Positions 1-12,938 of a stretch of 64,000 bases of DNA are shown here, piece after piece (position 1 is the first letter of the stretch; every line of letters begins with the position of its first letter). The DNA is from Octopus sinensis (taxonomy: Eukaryota), in contig NW_021831847.1 of assembly GCF_006345805.1 (NCBI RefSeq), positions 124,001-188,000 on the forward strand, given 5' to 3'. The notes beneath the pieces are model-generated. The model did not search any database. It was not told where the DNA came from and saw only the letters and a program-made list of their open reading frames with translations. The position numbers and the translations under genes are program-made.

Positions 1-2800
1 CACTGCGTAGCCAAATGATCAACTGTTTTCTTGCATTTTTTGCAGTGACTGCATAAAGATCCCATGGATGTGAAGAACAAATTCCTATCCTGCAAGAGAC
101 AGTACAATGCTTCACTTCTCGGGCCAGTATTTCCTTTAGATAACTACTCTGAGGACGTAGCTAGATCAACATTTTGTTCGTCTATGCATTTGAATAGCAC
201 CGAATGTAGCATTTACAATTAATGTTCTTAAGCAAATATTTTCTTTGAGCATCTTTGATAAACTCAACACCCAAATTCTCCATGTCGAGAATTGCATACT
301 TGGAGGCGAGAAATCCTGCAATTGTGGTCATATGCCATTTATTTGTTTTTATCACACACAGGATTCCCGATCTCCGTAAGCATACTGCCGACTGCCTTTC
401 TAAACTATTCAGGAACTGGAAGAGTATCAATTCAATTCTGAAAGAAACTGAAGCAAGTCCTCTCCCAAGAGATTTCCGATTTAAATATAACCTCTCTTTA
501 TTGAGGTGAAGTCTGAGAGTCCTAAGGAGTTGTCGTATTTGACGGTCAATGCAATCAAATTCATGAGGTTAAATATTAATAAGTCCAATGTAATAATTAT
601 ATAGGGAAATGGCATATTCATTTATAGCATGGAACAGGTTGACCGCATTTAATTTCGTCTTTGAAAGCATGGTTATCCTTTTCTTTACATTTCCAAGGAT
701 AGAATCCATTACTTTACTCTTAAGAACATTACTTCCTGCATCTTCAAGTACACCCAAGTAGCGATATCCTTTGACTCCTTCCAAAGTCTCACAACAAGAT
801 AAAGATTTGACATTTGATGCAGACTTTTCTGAATTCATCTCCAAGCCAACAGTTTTAAAGAATCCATCAACAGCTTCCATCATTTTAATTACTACATCTT
901 CTTTAAGAGCGAATATCTTTAGGTCGTCAATGAAGAACAAATGATTAGTAGAATAGGTCAACATATTTGGGTCCTGTTGATTAATCTGAACCTTTGGAAA
1001 CATGGCATTAAGAATCCTGCTTAGTGGGTCCATCACCATAACAAACAGTTGCGGAGATAACGAGTCTCCTTGTAAAATCCCTCGGCTCAACTTTACAGAA
1101 CCAATTCTCCTTCCGTCAACATGGAGCTTTACAGTCCACATTCGTACAGTCCTTTTCACAAAGTTAACAATCCATAAAGGTATCCCAGAGCACTCCAACA
1201 CATGAAATAGAAAGTCGTGGTCAACAGAATCGAAAGCCTTCTTGACATCAATCCATGCAGAGTATAGCCCATTTCCATACTCTTTATTTAGGCATTGGTT
1301 AATAAGGGCCTGTTCTTTAGCACCCTGACACTGTCTCCTCGTACCAAGTTGATTGTCGGAAATTAAGCCAAATACATCCATGAACTCAGACAGTTTTCCA
1401 TTAACACACTTGGTAACTAACTTATAAAGTGTCGACATGCATGTTATAGGCCGTAAATCTTTCGGGGTCTCACAATCGTTCTTTTTAGGAATTAGATATG
1501 TAATTCCAGTATAAAACCAGTTTTCTGGCATGTAATCACCGTTGATTATTTTCTTGATTTCAACACATAAAAATTCATGCAGAGATTCTAGTCTTTTATG
1601 AAGAAATTATATATTCCGTCACATCCCGGTGCCTTCCAGTCAGGAAGATATTTAATGATCTCCATTATGTAATTATTTGTTAAATCTGGCAACATGTCTT
1701 CACTGCCGGTTATTCTTTTACTAACATTGTCCAGTGACACGGATATTTCGCGCCTTTTGCTCCATACTTTTTCCCAGAACGACATGCACTCCTCATCGTC
1801 AAAAGAGTATGTTGTGACTTCATTACTCTTTGATAAGTTTCTGTAAAATCTTCTTCTGTTTAGTTCGAAGCAAACATTGTCCTTACGGAAGTCCTTCCTC
1901 GAGTTATATACAGCAATTTGTTTTTTCTTAACTCTGATTAGGTCATGTAGTAAGGATTCGATTCTCGAAAGCTCTCCTTTTTTCTTCTTTTTATATCCAT
2001 AACGACATAGAATATCCATCACATTTTGTTTTTCACACTGTGGCAGAGCCTGTCTTACGTAACAATTTACAAGTTCTAGTTCTGCGGATAATTTTGAGAT
2101 CTTCGCCTCGGTATTTCCCAACCATGTGGTCTGTGGCTTAACTTTCTTAGTTAAGACTGAGTAGGCACACTGGGCAGCATATAAAATATCACAAATTGCA
2201 TTGATATCTCGAGGTGGATCGTCCTTTGTAATATGATATATTGCAGAGTTTAATCCCATTAAAATATCAGCTTTGACATATTTTCTTGGAATTTTCCATG
2301 TAGGCTTACGAGCCTCTCTCGGTATCGATTTAACTTCCTTAATTTGGAAATTAATCTCTTCCAGGCAATTTCTGAAATTGGAGATTTCCACTGTTCCCTT
2401 GTTGGGAATTGTTTGCTATTAGATCCACCAGCTTCATTATTGTTACCAACTACTGGTTTGAGATTGGCCATATTTTTCAATCTGGTTAGACTCGTACTCT
2501 CAGAAAATTTCACGTTGAACTTTTCAAGGATAAAACTCCAGCCACCTCTGGTATTCTCCCCAGTCTTTGTCTGGTGGCATGAACAGCCTGTGACACCCAT
2601 TCATTCTTAGAGACACAATCGACATCCTCAATAATGGCAGAAAGAGTGTGAAAGTTAGTATTGGCAACACGACTTCCAAACGTAGGGTTATTGTTTATAT
2701 AAGCTCTTGTGGCATTATCCAGCCCCAGAGACATCGTTCCTGCATCCACCATATCTTTTTTATAATTTACTTCTGCAGGAGGGCCCATGGGATTCATTTT
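1..2800 (-). mobile_element. Near full-length RLE-type (R2/R4/NeSL-like) non-LTR retrotransposon, ORF split by several frameshifts, running off the left edge
   Basis: ORF 569..1531 has RT motifs LRPITC, DVKKAFDSV, GILQGDSLSPQLF, LFFIDD and YRYLG. Upstream pieces lie at 1588..2391, 2259..2600 and 2510..2797. Bases 1-80 on the minus strand read CSHCKKCKKTVDHLATQ, the zinc knuckle preceding the RLE domain. Confidence 0.9.
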
Positions 2801-2960
2801 CTTCTTATCGAGAAAAAGGACATGAACAGCACCACAACAACACGTTTTTTCCTATTTCTAAAGATATATAAACAGTGTTTTTAAGAAAAACAGTTTATCT
2901 CGATCAGGATGCCTATATTTAATAATGAAACAATTTCGAACTAAATCTGCGGAATAACAA

Positions 2961-3277
2961 TAACTGAAGTGATTGTTATTGTTAACTGTCCGCCAGAACA
3001 AGGTTGAAAAGAAGTTGACTCAAGAAATATATATTAATTAAAATAAATTTATTTTTTTAAATAAATTATTAATTGTTTTATTTTTTGTGTTGGGTTTTGT
3101 TTATTGTATTTAGATGATTAACTGAAGTGATTGTTATTGTTAAATGTCCGCCAGAACAAGGTTGAAAATAAGTTGACTCAAGAAATATATATTAATTAAA
3201 ATAAATTTATTTTTTTAAATAAATTATTAATTGTTTTATTTTTTGTGTTGGGTTTTGTTTATTGTATTTAGATGATT
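2961..3277 (+). repeat. 158-bp tandem duplication (2961-3118, 3119-3277) directly upstream of and including the RWDD2 start codon
   Basis: Both copies start taactgaagtgattgttattgtt and end tgtatttagatgatt. They differ at two substitutions (gttaac/gttaaa, gaaaag/gaaaat). Confidence 0.95.
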
Positions 3278-4149
3278 TCTGAGTATTTAAATAAAGAATT
3301 AGAAGTATTAAATTGTCTATTTGACTATAAAATATTTTCAAATTTGCACAATGACACTTATAAATATTTAAAAATAGAAATACCAAACAATCTCAAGTTT
3401 AACACATCACTGTTCACTCTTCACTGCCACATACCAATGGAATATCCATTTAGTAAAAGACCGGACTATGAGATAGAGTGGAATCACCCTAATTATGACC
3501 AATTATTATCTGCCTTTAACTTGTACCAAAACAACACAAAAAATAACGTAGAAGAACAGGATATTGTTAGTACAGTTAATTGGCTTTCTTTAAATTTTCC
3601 GAAATATGATTTTATACCAAATATGGAAACAGATTTTCGAGAGATTAAAATTGAAAATGAGAAAAATAAAGAATTGATTGAACTAAAAGAAAATAAATTT
3701 GATTTTAGTCGAATATGGATATACAGTCATCACATATATAATAAATTGAAACGGAATTACATAACCAAGCAAGTATGTATATGCTGCTATTGATTAAGGC
3801 TAGAAACTTGGAATTGGGTGGATTCTCGGTTCCCGGAAAGCCGGGGATTATCTGCGTTGAAGGGATCAAGGATGATGTGGACAGATATTGGATGGGACTG
3901 AAAAGTATGAACTGGAAGCGAATTGTTATTCGCGATAGACTGGATTGGGATAAAATGACACTTTCTGAATTTGGAAATGTCAAAATTTTTACGGGATTTG
4001 AAGAGAAGACTTTCCAATCTACTAATTCATCTGGGATGAGCTATCATTCTAACATTGGGCTTTTGGGAGAGTACATGAACACCATAGGAATGGGGAATAT
4101 ATTTAGAATTATTTTTGGTCTTGAATATCGCAAAAAACAATTTGAATAA
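3272..4149 (+). CDS. RWDD2: RWD domain-containing protein 2 (RWD + DUF1115), 2 exons
   Basis: Hallmark motifs WIYSHHIYNK and GFSVPGKPGIICVEG. A 26-nt GT-AG intron at 3773-3798 joins the two ORFs in frame (ITKQ|ARNLEL). Confidence 0.85.
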
Positions 4150-4264
4150 TATATTTTAAATACCTTAAATCTCTTTTTGTGCAATATCAATGGGACGAAC
4201 TAACCCAAAAAGTTAAAATTAATAACAGATCGTTTATTAAAAAAAGAAACTAGTTAACTAAGTA

Positions 4265-7115
4265 ATTTTTCTAACTAAGTCCAGAGCCTTCGAAGTGAGC
4301 AGAAGGTGGCACTCCACGCACCTCCTCCCCTTCTTCCTCCTCTTCTCTGGCACTGTAGACCTTCGAGAAGGTGCAGTCCAGCGCCTCTCGCTGACTAAAC
4401 GTCAGGAAAGGGCTGGATCGGCGAGCATCAAACGAGACACTTTCCAGAGTCCTCTTAAGAACAGTTGACTGTATATAAGCCTGTAGAGCAGTGGTTCTCA
4501 ACGGTAGGCGATTTTTTCTGCCAGGGGGGCGATGGCTGATTGCTAATATTTGAAAAATTAAAATCTTATGTTAGAAGTCGATAATCTTTGATAAAATAAA
4601 GATATATAATCGAGTCTAATAATATTTATTAATAATATGATATTTTTATTATATTTTATTTAAATTTCTAAGCGTGATTTCTAGTTATCTTTATGGGTCG
4701 TGTTCAAAAAAAATTCAGAATGTATAAAGATGAATATATTTCTCTTGGATTTATTAAAGATCCTCAAGATCCTAATAAACCACTTTGTCTTTGGTACAAT
4801 TTTTTCGAATGAGGTAATGAAACCGTCTCGTTTGATTGAACATTTAAAGCGAAAACATCATAATTCAATTGGAAAAAAGCCAGACTTTTTTCTAGAATTA
4901 AAAAAGAATTTTGAAAATAAAAACACCTTACCGTCAATCTTTAATAAAAATATATCTCAAAATGTCTCTGGATTATCTTATTCATATAAAGTTGCAGAGA
5001 TAATCGCAAAAACTGGTTGCATTATTATTTTAATTTATAGGTAATGCCCATTCGATTGCAGAAAATGTCATCCGTCCTTGTTTAAATTTATTTATAAACG
5101 ATATCTTACAAAAAGATTCTTCAAATATTATGAAGACTATTCCATTAAGCAACGACACTATACGAAGAAGAATTGATGAAATTTCTAATGAAATTGAACA
5201 ATCTTTAATTTTATTTCTCAGAGAACGCAAGTTTTCAGTCCAACTTGACGAATCAGTTGTCGTTGATAATCAGTCAATTTTGATGGCATATGTAAGGTAT
5301 TACTTTTTATAAATACTTTTTATAAAGATATTTCGATGATGATTCTATTTTGCAAGAAGAGTTATTATTTGCAAAATCTTTAGTCACGGATACTACAGGA
5401 TTGTCAATATTCAAAATGTTTGAATCTTATTTATTCTTAAATGATATTCCATTTGAACATATTTTATCGTGCGCAACTGATGGCGCAATGGCTATGGTTG
5501 GAAAATATCGTGGTTTTTTAGCTTTTCTAAAACAAAAATCTCCAATGTCCACTTCAATTCATTGTATTTTACATCGGCATCATTTAATTGCAAAAAAATT
5601 ATCTGAAGAATTGAATGCATCAATGCAAATTGTTATCAAAGTTATCAATAAAATTAAAAGAAACAGCAAGTACGATCGTATTTTTCGTGAATACTGCACT
5701 AATCAAAATGAAGATTATGTTAGGTTACTTTTACATACCGAAGTAAGATGGTTATCCAAGGGAAATTGTCTTGAAAGATTTGTGATATTATTTGATGCAA
5801 TTGTTGATTTTTTAAGATTACAAGAAGAATTTAAATTGTTTAATTCCTGCAAAATTCATAGAAAAAATATTTTTTATTTAAATTGGATTTTTTAAAAATT
5901 AAATGAAGTTTCATTGGCTTTACAAGGAGATTATGTTAATTTAATTGATTGCAAACGAATTATAAATGCATTCATTGAAAAAATTCAATTTTACAAATTT
6001 AATTTAAGTAATAGAAAATTTGGAAAATTCGATTTTTATGACCACACTTTTGATGACAACGATCTGAAAATTTATGAATTTCATTTAGAATCTTTGGAAC
6101 AAGATTTGAAAAAAAGATTTGAAGATTTAATTAATTTAAACTTTTCTGATTTCAATGATTAATCCTTGGTTGCCCATTCATTATGATTCTGATGATGAAT
6201 GTCAAGAAGAATTAATAGAACTAAAAAACGACGAAGAACTGAAAATAAAATTTAAAAATGAAAACCTGACACAATTCTGGGGAGAAAAATCTATAAAAAT
6301 GAAATTCCCGAAATTATGGGAAAAAATGATGCCAATAATATTATGTTTTCCTACGTCATACTGCGTAGAGAGAGGATTCAGCACTCTGAATAGTATGATC
6401 GGAAAAAAAGAAACAAACTAAATATAGAAGAAAGAGGCGACATTAGAATTACACTTACGAAAAGAAGTACAAATTTTGAAAAACTTGTCAATCTTCATCA
6501 ACCACAAGGATCTCATTAAAACTCTTATTTTTTAAATAAAAATTTTTACTAATGAAATAAGGGGGCGCTATAAAAATTGGAGGGGCGAAAAAAATTCCAA
6601 AGGGGCGATACAAAAATAAAGGTTGAGAACCACTGCTGTAGAGACTTATCTACATCAAACTGTCTTAGGTACCGCTTGTGGTATTTGGTGACCAGTCCAT
6701 CCCATGTCATCACACACGGGATGACATGGACTGGTGCATCAGTCCTAGCTCGTTTGCAAGGAGGTCATACTTTCTCCTTTTCTCCACTTCCACTATCTGC
6801 AAACAGTCTAGGCACGTGATGCCCACCTCCACGATAACAATCTCCCCTTATCGTCGACCACAATATCGGGTCTGTTGTGCTGGACAACAATCGAGGTGCG
6901 TATGGGGGTATCCACCTTAATGCACACCCGCGAGTTCTCACACACCGATTGAACTCGATGGGTTCGCAACACCGCCTCAAGCCATACTTATTGCAGAGCA
7001 AAAGATGGAGGGACTTCACTACCTCGTTATGCCTCCATGTGTAATCATGGTAAAGCATACTCCCGCACTTCGTGGCTAAATGGTCAACGGTCATTGCCTT
7101 ACAGTGGTTACACTG
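4265..7115 (-). mobile_element. 5'-truncated RLE-type non-LTR fragment (zinc knuckle + RLE), split by the hAT at 4489-6635
   Basis: The minus strand reads CNHCKAMTVDHLATKC...RHNEVVKSLHLLLC...MTWDGLVTKYHKRYLRQFDVDKS. Removing the hAT and one TSD restores DKSLQAYIQSTVLKRTLES. Confidence 0.9.
4489..6635 (+). mobile_element. hAT DNA transposon (Buster/Charlie, ZBED8/SCAND3-like transposase ~4693-6518 with micro-introns, frameshifts and a stop)
   Basis: 14-bp TIRs cagtggttctcaac (4489) and gttgagaaccactg (6622-6635). Perfect 8-bp TSD ctgtagag (4481-4488, 6636-6643; NNNTANNN). Motifs SVQLDES, CATDGA, HCILHR, EVRWLSKG, PTSYCVERGFS and a terminal QGSH. Confidence 0.97.
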
Positions 7116-7204
7116 TTTCCGTTGACCATTAAAAAAGTTTTAATAACAGTAAATAATAATTAAAATGATTTTTGTACAGTTTGACACTAAATTTTTTGGT
7201 TGAC

Positions 7205-8026
7205 ATGCCTAAGATAGCAAAATGGTTTTTAACCTAAAGCCATTGTGAAGGATTATCCTAACCAATTTATGATTCTTGAGGATGATATTATATTGTCGTC
7301 TTTGTGCAATATTAAGTGCGAGAAAAGGCATTTTTGTAAATTCTCATCGATTCTCACAGAAACATCAAAATTTATTGAGTTTGCTATTACAAATGAAACA
7401 AAAATCCGGGGCCAAAAATACGTTGATGTGATGTTCGAATCGTTAAATTTTCCTGAAACAACATATCTGATATCGTATAAGTTTTAGTTGGGAAAATAAT
7501 TAAAAATCTTTACCCCAGGTTATTCCATGTCACAAGTACCGTTCATCTATTACACAATTGTTGTGAGAAAATAAGAGACTCTTATCCGGGAATTGTCTTA
7601 ATGATAGCTACTGTACAAGAAGCAATTAACAAGAGCGATACAAGAAAACAAATATTTAACGACAGAAACATCGCCATTCCACTACGTGTGCATTTGACAA
7701 AATTTGGGAGTTGGCTTAAAGCTCCTACTTACTATTCAGACAATCTGATCGGAAACATGTATTTTCGAATCATTTAGGGATGTGAATATCAGGTTCAAAC
7801 AGACAAAGAAAGTCTTAAAAAGTATGTGTTAGTGAGCAGTCTGTATGACCCTATCCGAAGCTATTCAAACATTCCAGGCTTTCGAGTAATGTCGTTATTG
7901 CAGATATTATTGAGAAATTTGAAGGTGCGGGCTTCACAATTGAATTGTCTGCCGACCTCGTGCTTGGTTAAAAGAACTCTCTTTCAAATAAAGAGTTTTC
8001 CAAGATCCAGTCGAATTAGAAAATAA
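7205..8026 (+). CDS. Possible unidentified spliced host gene
   Basis: Open coding-like stretches (7245..7487, ~7610-7770, 7826..8026) are separated by short GT...AG segments. No family motif was recognised. Confidence 0.3.
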
Positions 8027-8113
8027 TTTACATTAAAAAGTATTTTTTATTAATATTTAATAATTAAAGCCAATAAAATTTAATTAGAATAAAATAAATA
8101 AAGATCACTTCTT

Positions 8114-11100
8114 ATGGATGCCTTATATTTGTTGTTATCATTAACCGGAATAATCCTATTCTTGGCAGTCTACAAATTCATCCAACAAGCAAAAAACAGT
8201 CTAATATTCCCAAAAAATACTCATACTAGTAAGAATCGTCACAGCCGCTCAGGATGCAAGAAAAAGTGTTGTCGACCAAGGAAACAACGTCATCAAATAC
8301 GGAAAGAAAGTAATGAAACGAGTAATTTCCACAACCTAACTCAAGGTCAAAAGACTAGCCGACAACAAGGGGCACAACCTCAGATATAAACTAAAACAAA
8401 TCCGCCGGTATATCACCCAATCATGCCTTCTAGTTACATTGACACAGAAAAGTCCAACACGGAATTACCCCGTCAAATCAAATCAATCCCCTCCGCCCTG
8501 TTGGAAGAAAACATGGGGAGAAGGGGCAGTGCTGTCCCCTCGCACGTGTACGATGTCCTCAGATGTATGAGGTAGTATTGACGACCTCATCATAGTCTAT
8601 TTGGTTGTTTTGATGAAAATTTATTCCTCTTGTTGTGTCGTTCACTGCAAGTGCTCTCAGTGCCTGCGGAGAGTTATCTATTCCAGTCGGGGGATCAAAG
8701 TGACAGTATTTTTGTAGTACAAAGTGGGGTCATCCACGTCAACATTGTCGATGAGGTACCCCACTCTGCTTATTCTAGGATGACAATATTTATTCTCTAA
8801 AGGACGCCAAATCTGGGGATTGTATATGCAGTTTATTAGATGTTATAGCTGTGTTCACTGTTCGAGTGTCCTTGTTTTATTTATAGGAGTCGGCCACCTC
8901 GAATTATAGCGGGATATCTGCTGTGGCTGGGGTGGACTCACAGGTTGCCAGGTTTCGGTTTTTTGTGATTAAAAGACTGCCCATTGAGTCGTTTAATACT
9001 TTTTTTGAGGAATCGCCGGGGACTAGGGTTTCCACATTGGAGTCAATTTTCCACCGATTTCATAACTCGGCCTTTTATGCCCTACAAAACTACTTTGGGG
9101 TCGCTCATGAATTATTTGTCAATGTTTTTGAGGATTTTTATTTATAGATTGTCCGTCCAAATTCGGCATTGCGTACTCTCGACGTGGATCACAGTGAACT
9201 CACATCATCAAAATGTTTGAATAATTTTATTTAAATATTAGCATTTGATGATATTTCTTTCTCCGTCCGTGAATCATTCTCAGCCGAACCCCGACATCTT
9301 TCCAGTTGCAATGTTCCCTCTCTAATTGCGACGGCAATTGACAATTTGTCAGTCCTGCTCAACATTCAAGTCCCCTTTGGCCTCTAATTCGAAGGAAAAG
9401 AGTCATTTGGAGAAGATCGTCAAGATCCGATGTGTCAACCCGGGAACTATTCTCCAAAAACAAGGCGACAAGGCAAATTCCCTCAAATATTTCAGAACGT
9501 GGAGCTAATTTTGGTGATGAAAGGACGCCTCGAAGCATTTTCCGACATGTGTAGCAACTCTTTTAATAGTTTTAAGCAGGTTAGACCCCATTTTGTTAGC
9601 AGATTCCCATATTCTCCCTCGTGAACGGTAACCTGGTGGGACAGCTCTCTCTGTTGGCCAAATGTGCCTCCCATTTTACCATCAAAGCACAAACGGGGTC
9701 CATCATTGCTGTTATTTCCAAACAAAACTTGAAAAGGTTATCTAATTCTGACACGAAAGACTGACGGAGAATGTGCCGAGTGTCATTCTGGCCATTGCTA
9801 CACACGTTATAACCTCGTTTTCTCCGTTTATGCGTTTAATTGACTATGGGTTGAGTTGGACACATTTGGACGCGGCCACAGCCCTCTACAGGTTTCCGTT
9901 TTCCGTTATTTCACCAGACAGGGGGACGACGCGGATAAAATATATATTGTCCTCCATGGCCGTCTTCGGTCTATCATGACTTTTGTCGACGGTAAAAAAT
10001 ATCTGGAAGGGGAATACGGACATGGAGAATTGGCAGGAATTGTTGAAGTTGTTTCCCGCGCTAAAAGAGCTACAACTTTGATATCCATTAGGTAAATTGA
10101 TTAGGGTTAGGGTTAGGGACTCGGCAGTGGTGGAGATCCCGATTGGACTGCTGGACTACATAAAGTTGAAGTACCCCGACAAAGCCCTAAAACTGATATC
10201 CCTCCTGGGAGACAAGGTTTTGGGGGGCTACAAGAACTTTTGTCCTCTCCAGGCGTCCAGTGAGTGTAATCTCAGTAAATATGGCAGACCAGATAGCAGA
10301 CGGGCTACTCACTACGCTGAATAACATCCACACTGTGGCAGTAGTGCCAATGACCTCAAAAGTCCCCATTGATGCATTTGTGCTTGAATTGTGTCATGCA
10401 ATGAGAGCGATTGATTCGACTTTGGGGTTAACCAGTTCAGACGTACTCCAAAAATTCAAAAAGAATGCATTTGATACGTATAAGTGCCATTAATGACCAG
10501 TTCGAATGAATATCAACTCTGTCATTGGCTTAGTAAACTGGAAGACGCGTTCAAAATGGTGGTCTATCAGGCGGACTATACAAACACTGTGTGGACTCAA
10601 AGGTGTATAACTCAGGCCGATTGTGTCCTTATTGTGGGAAGAGCCGCCGATGGGCACGAAATCAGCGCGGTTGTTTGAATTTGGGTGATTGCCCAGATTG
10701 AGGTTGAAATTGAAAATATGCATCTTCGTGCACAGAAGCAACTCGTATTGCTACATTTGGATGACAAACACAAGCCATCGGGGACATCACGGTGGCTTAA
10801 TGCTCGTTCCTGGTGTACACTCCACCACCATGTCCGCTGTTCCAAGAGATTCTTCTACAATATGAAGGTCTTTGGGGAAATGGACTTTAGGCGAGAAATT
10901 ATGTGAAATATTTGGCTAATCCTGTCGATTGTTTGTCTGATTTTTCCCGACTGGCAAGATTCCTTACGGGATCGACAAGCGGGTTGGTTTTGGGTGGAGG
11001 AGGTGCCAGGTTGGGGTTTTTTGTGGAATAAAAGGGGTATCTCTCACATCGGGGTCATCCGAGCAATGCAGGAGGCTAAAATCCCCATTGATATGGTTGG

Positions 11101-12280
11101 GGGGACGAGTATTGGGGCACTCATTGGAGGCATTTGGGCGATGGATACAAACCACGAGGAAACTGTCACGACTGCGAGGTATTTCTCACGGAAAATGTCT
11201 TCTCTGTGGAATAAAATCATGGATCTTACATTTCCGTATTCCGCGTTCTTCAACGGTTGATTATTTGTAATTTTGGAGGAAAGAGATTCAACATGTTGAT
11301 TGTGGATGTTTTCGGCGATCAGCAGATCGAGGATCTTTGGATTCCGTTTTTTTGCGTGACGTCGGATATTACCAGTTTGGGTATGAGAATACACTACTCG
11401 GGGTCACTCTGGAGATATGTCCGAGCCAGTATGACTCTCTCTGGCTATTTACCCCCACTCTGTGATCCTGTCGATTCCCATTTGTTGCTGGACGGTGGGT
11501 ATGTTAATCTATTGCCGGGTTTGAGTTGATTTTTGTTATTAAAGTTGACGTAATGAGATCTTTTGGGGCTCAGACTGTGTTTGCTGTTGATGTTTCAAGA
11601 AGAGTGGACACGGATTTTGAAAAATATGGTGAACACTTGTCTGGGTGGTGGATTCTTTGGTCTAAATTGAATCCACTCTGCCGTTCTTCAGCTCCGGTTA
11701 GTCAACATTCAGTGTTTTATCCCAGATCCCTTCAATGCATGAGATCCAATCCAGACTAACGTTTATTTCCTCCACTGACAGGATGGATGCGATTAGGAAT
11801 GCAGAATATATGCATTATATTAGTCCACCTGTTCAGAAATTCGCGACTCTTCAGTTCAATGCTTTCGATGAAATTCGGGTCTGTGTAAAGTGCTTTATGT
11901 TTATAGGATATTGGATATCATCACGCAAAGGCGTTTTTTTCTGGCCTTCGGATGAGGCCATTGATTGATAGAAACATATTTTCTCAGTCTAGTTTGGGTA
12001 TTAATCAGTCTGATGTATTGTTGGCTCGTATTCTAATTTAGTGTCAATTAAAAAAATCGTCTACTTTTGCAGAATTGTCGAATTTTGGAATGTTTGAAAG
12101 TTTTAGGCGTCCTTCGTCTGATGAAAATGCTGTGGGTGGTGATATAGGTCAAGAATGTATAATTTTTGATATTATTAAGATGAATTGGTGTTACATGACG
12201 ATGGGTTAGATAACATTTCCTGCAAATCTGAACAACAAATTCAAGACATTTCACTTTCAAATGATAACTATAGTGACTAA
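8114..12280 (+). CDS. PNPLA6: Neuropathy target esterase / swiss cheese (PNPLA6/7): N-terminal TM segment, cNMP-binding domains and patatin domain, many micro-introns; start and end approximate
   Basis: Splicing reconstructs cNMP-domain sequence ([17 protein letters not shown]; [11 protein letters not shown]...[10 protein letters not shown]), the NTE region [26 protein letters not shown] (intron 11010-11034), the nucleophile GGTSIG, and [12 protein letters not shown]. Confidence 0.9.
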
Positions 12281-12341
12281 TCTTAAGCACTTTAAAAATG
12301 ATGAATTTTATTTAGAAACCATAATTTAGGAACTGTTACAG

Positions 12342-12916
12342 GAGCGGTTCTTGACCTTTTATAGACTGAGAACCACTTTTGCACTATAAAATTTTGTGGG
12401 GACCACCTTAAATAAAATAAATATATTATACAAAAATAACATAAAATTATCAAAATAACATGATTGAGACCTATTTTTTTAATTAAAATTACAGCATAGG
12501 ATGCTTATAATCTCCATTTATCTTGGGATTTATTAAACCATTCAAGCTTTGGCTGTGAATTAAATTTCGTTCTTTTGGCTTTAAAATATTTATGTAAGCA
12601 GCAATTTTCTGGATATACATACTTTTTGTGGCGCCTAAGTTGAGAAGATTTCAGTGAATTGGTTCCCTAAATTCTATGGTAAATCATGCATTTTTCCTTT
12701 ATTTCATTATCTGAGGAAATGAATTTAGTAAATCCAAATTAAACACAGGAATCGGCCAAAAGACGACGATTCTTCTTAACCATAACTATAATGACAAATC
12801 ACGCTAATAAAATCGGGTTAAGTTCAATGTTTTTGATTTATACTTAATTACACAATTAACGTTAACCTTAATATATTTTTTTCAAAATTCCTGGGGACCA
12901 CGGTTAAGAACCGCTG
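12342..12916. mobile_element. Degenerate non-autonomous hAT-type MITE (~575 bp)
   Basis: Imperfect TIRs gagcggttcttgacc and ggttaagaaccgctg, with internal ggggaccac motifs near both ends. No matching TSD. Confidence 0.55.
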
Positions 12917-12938
12917 TAGACGAGGTGTCACTTTATAT

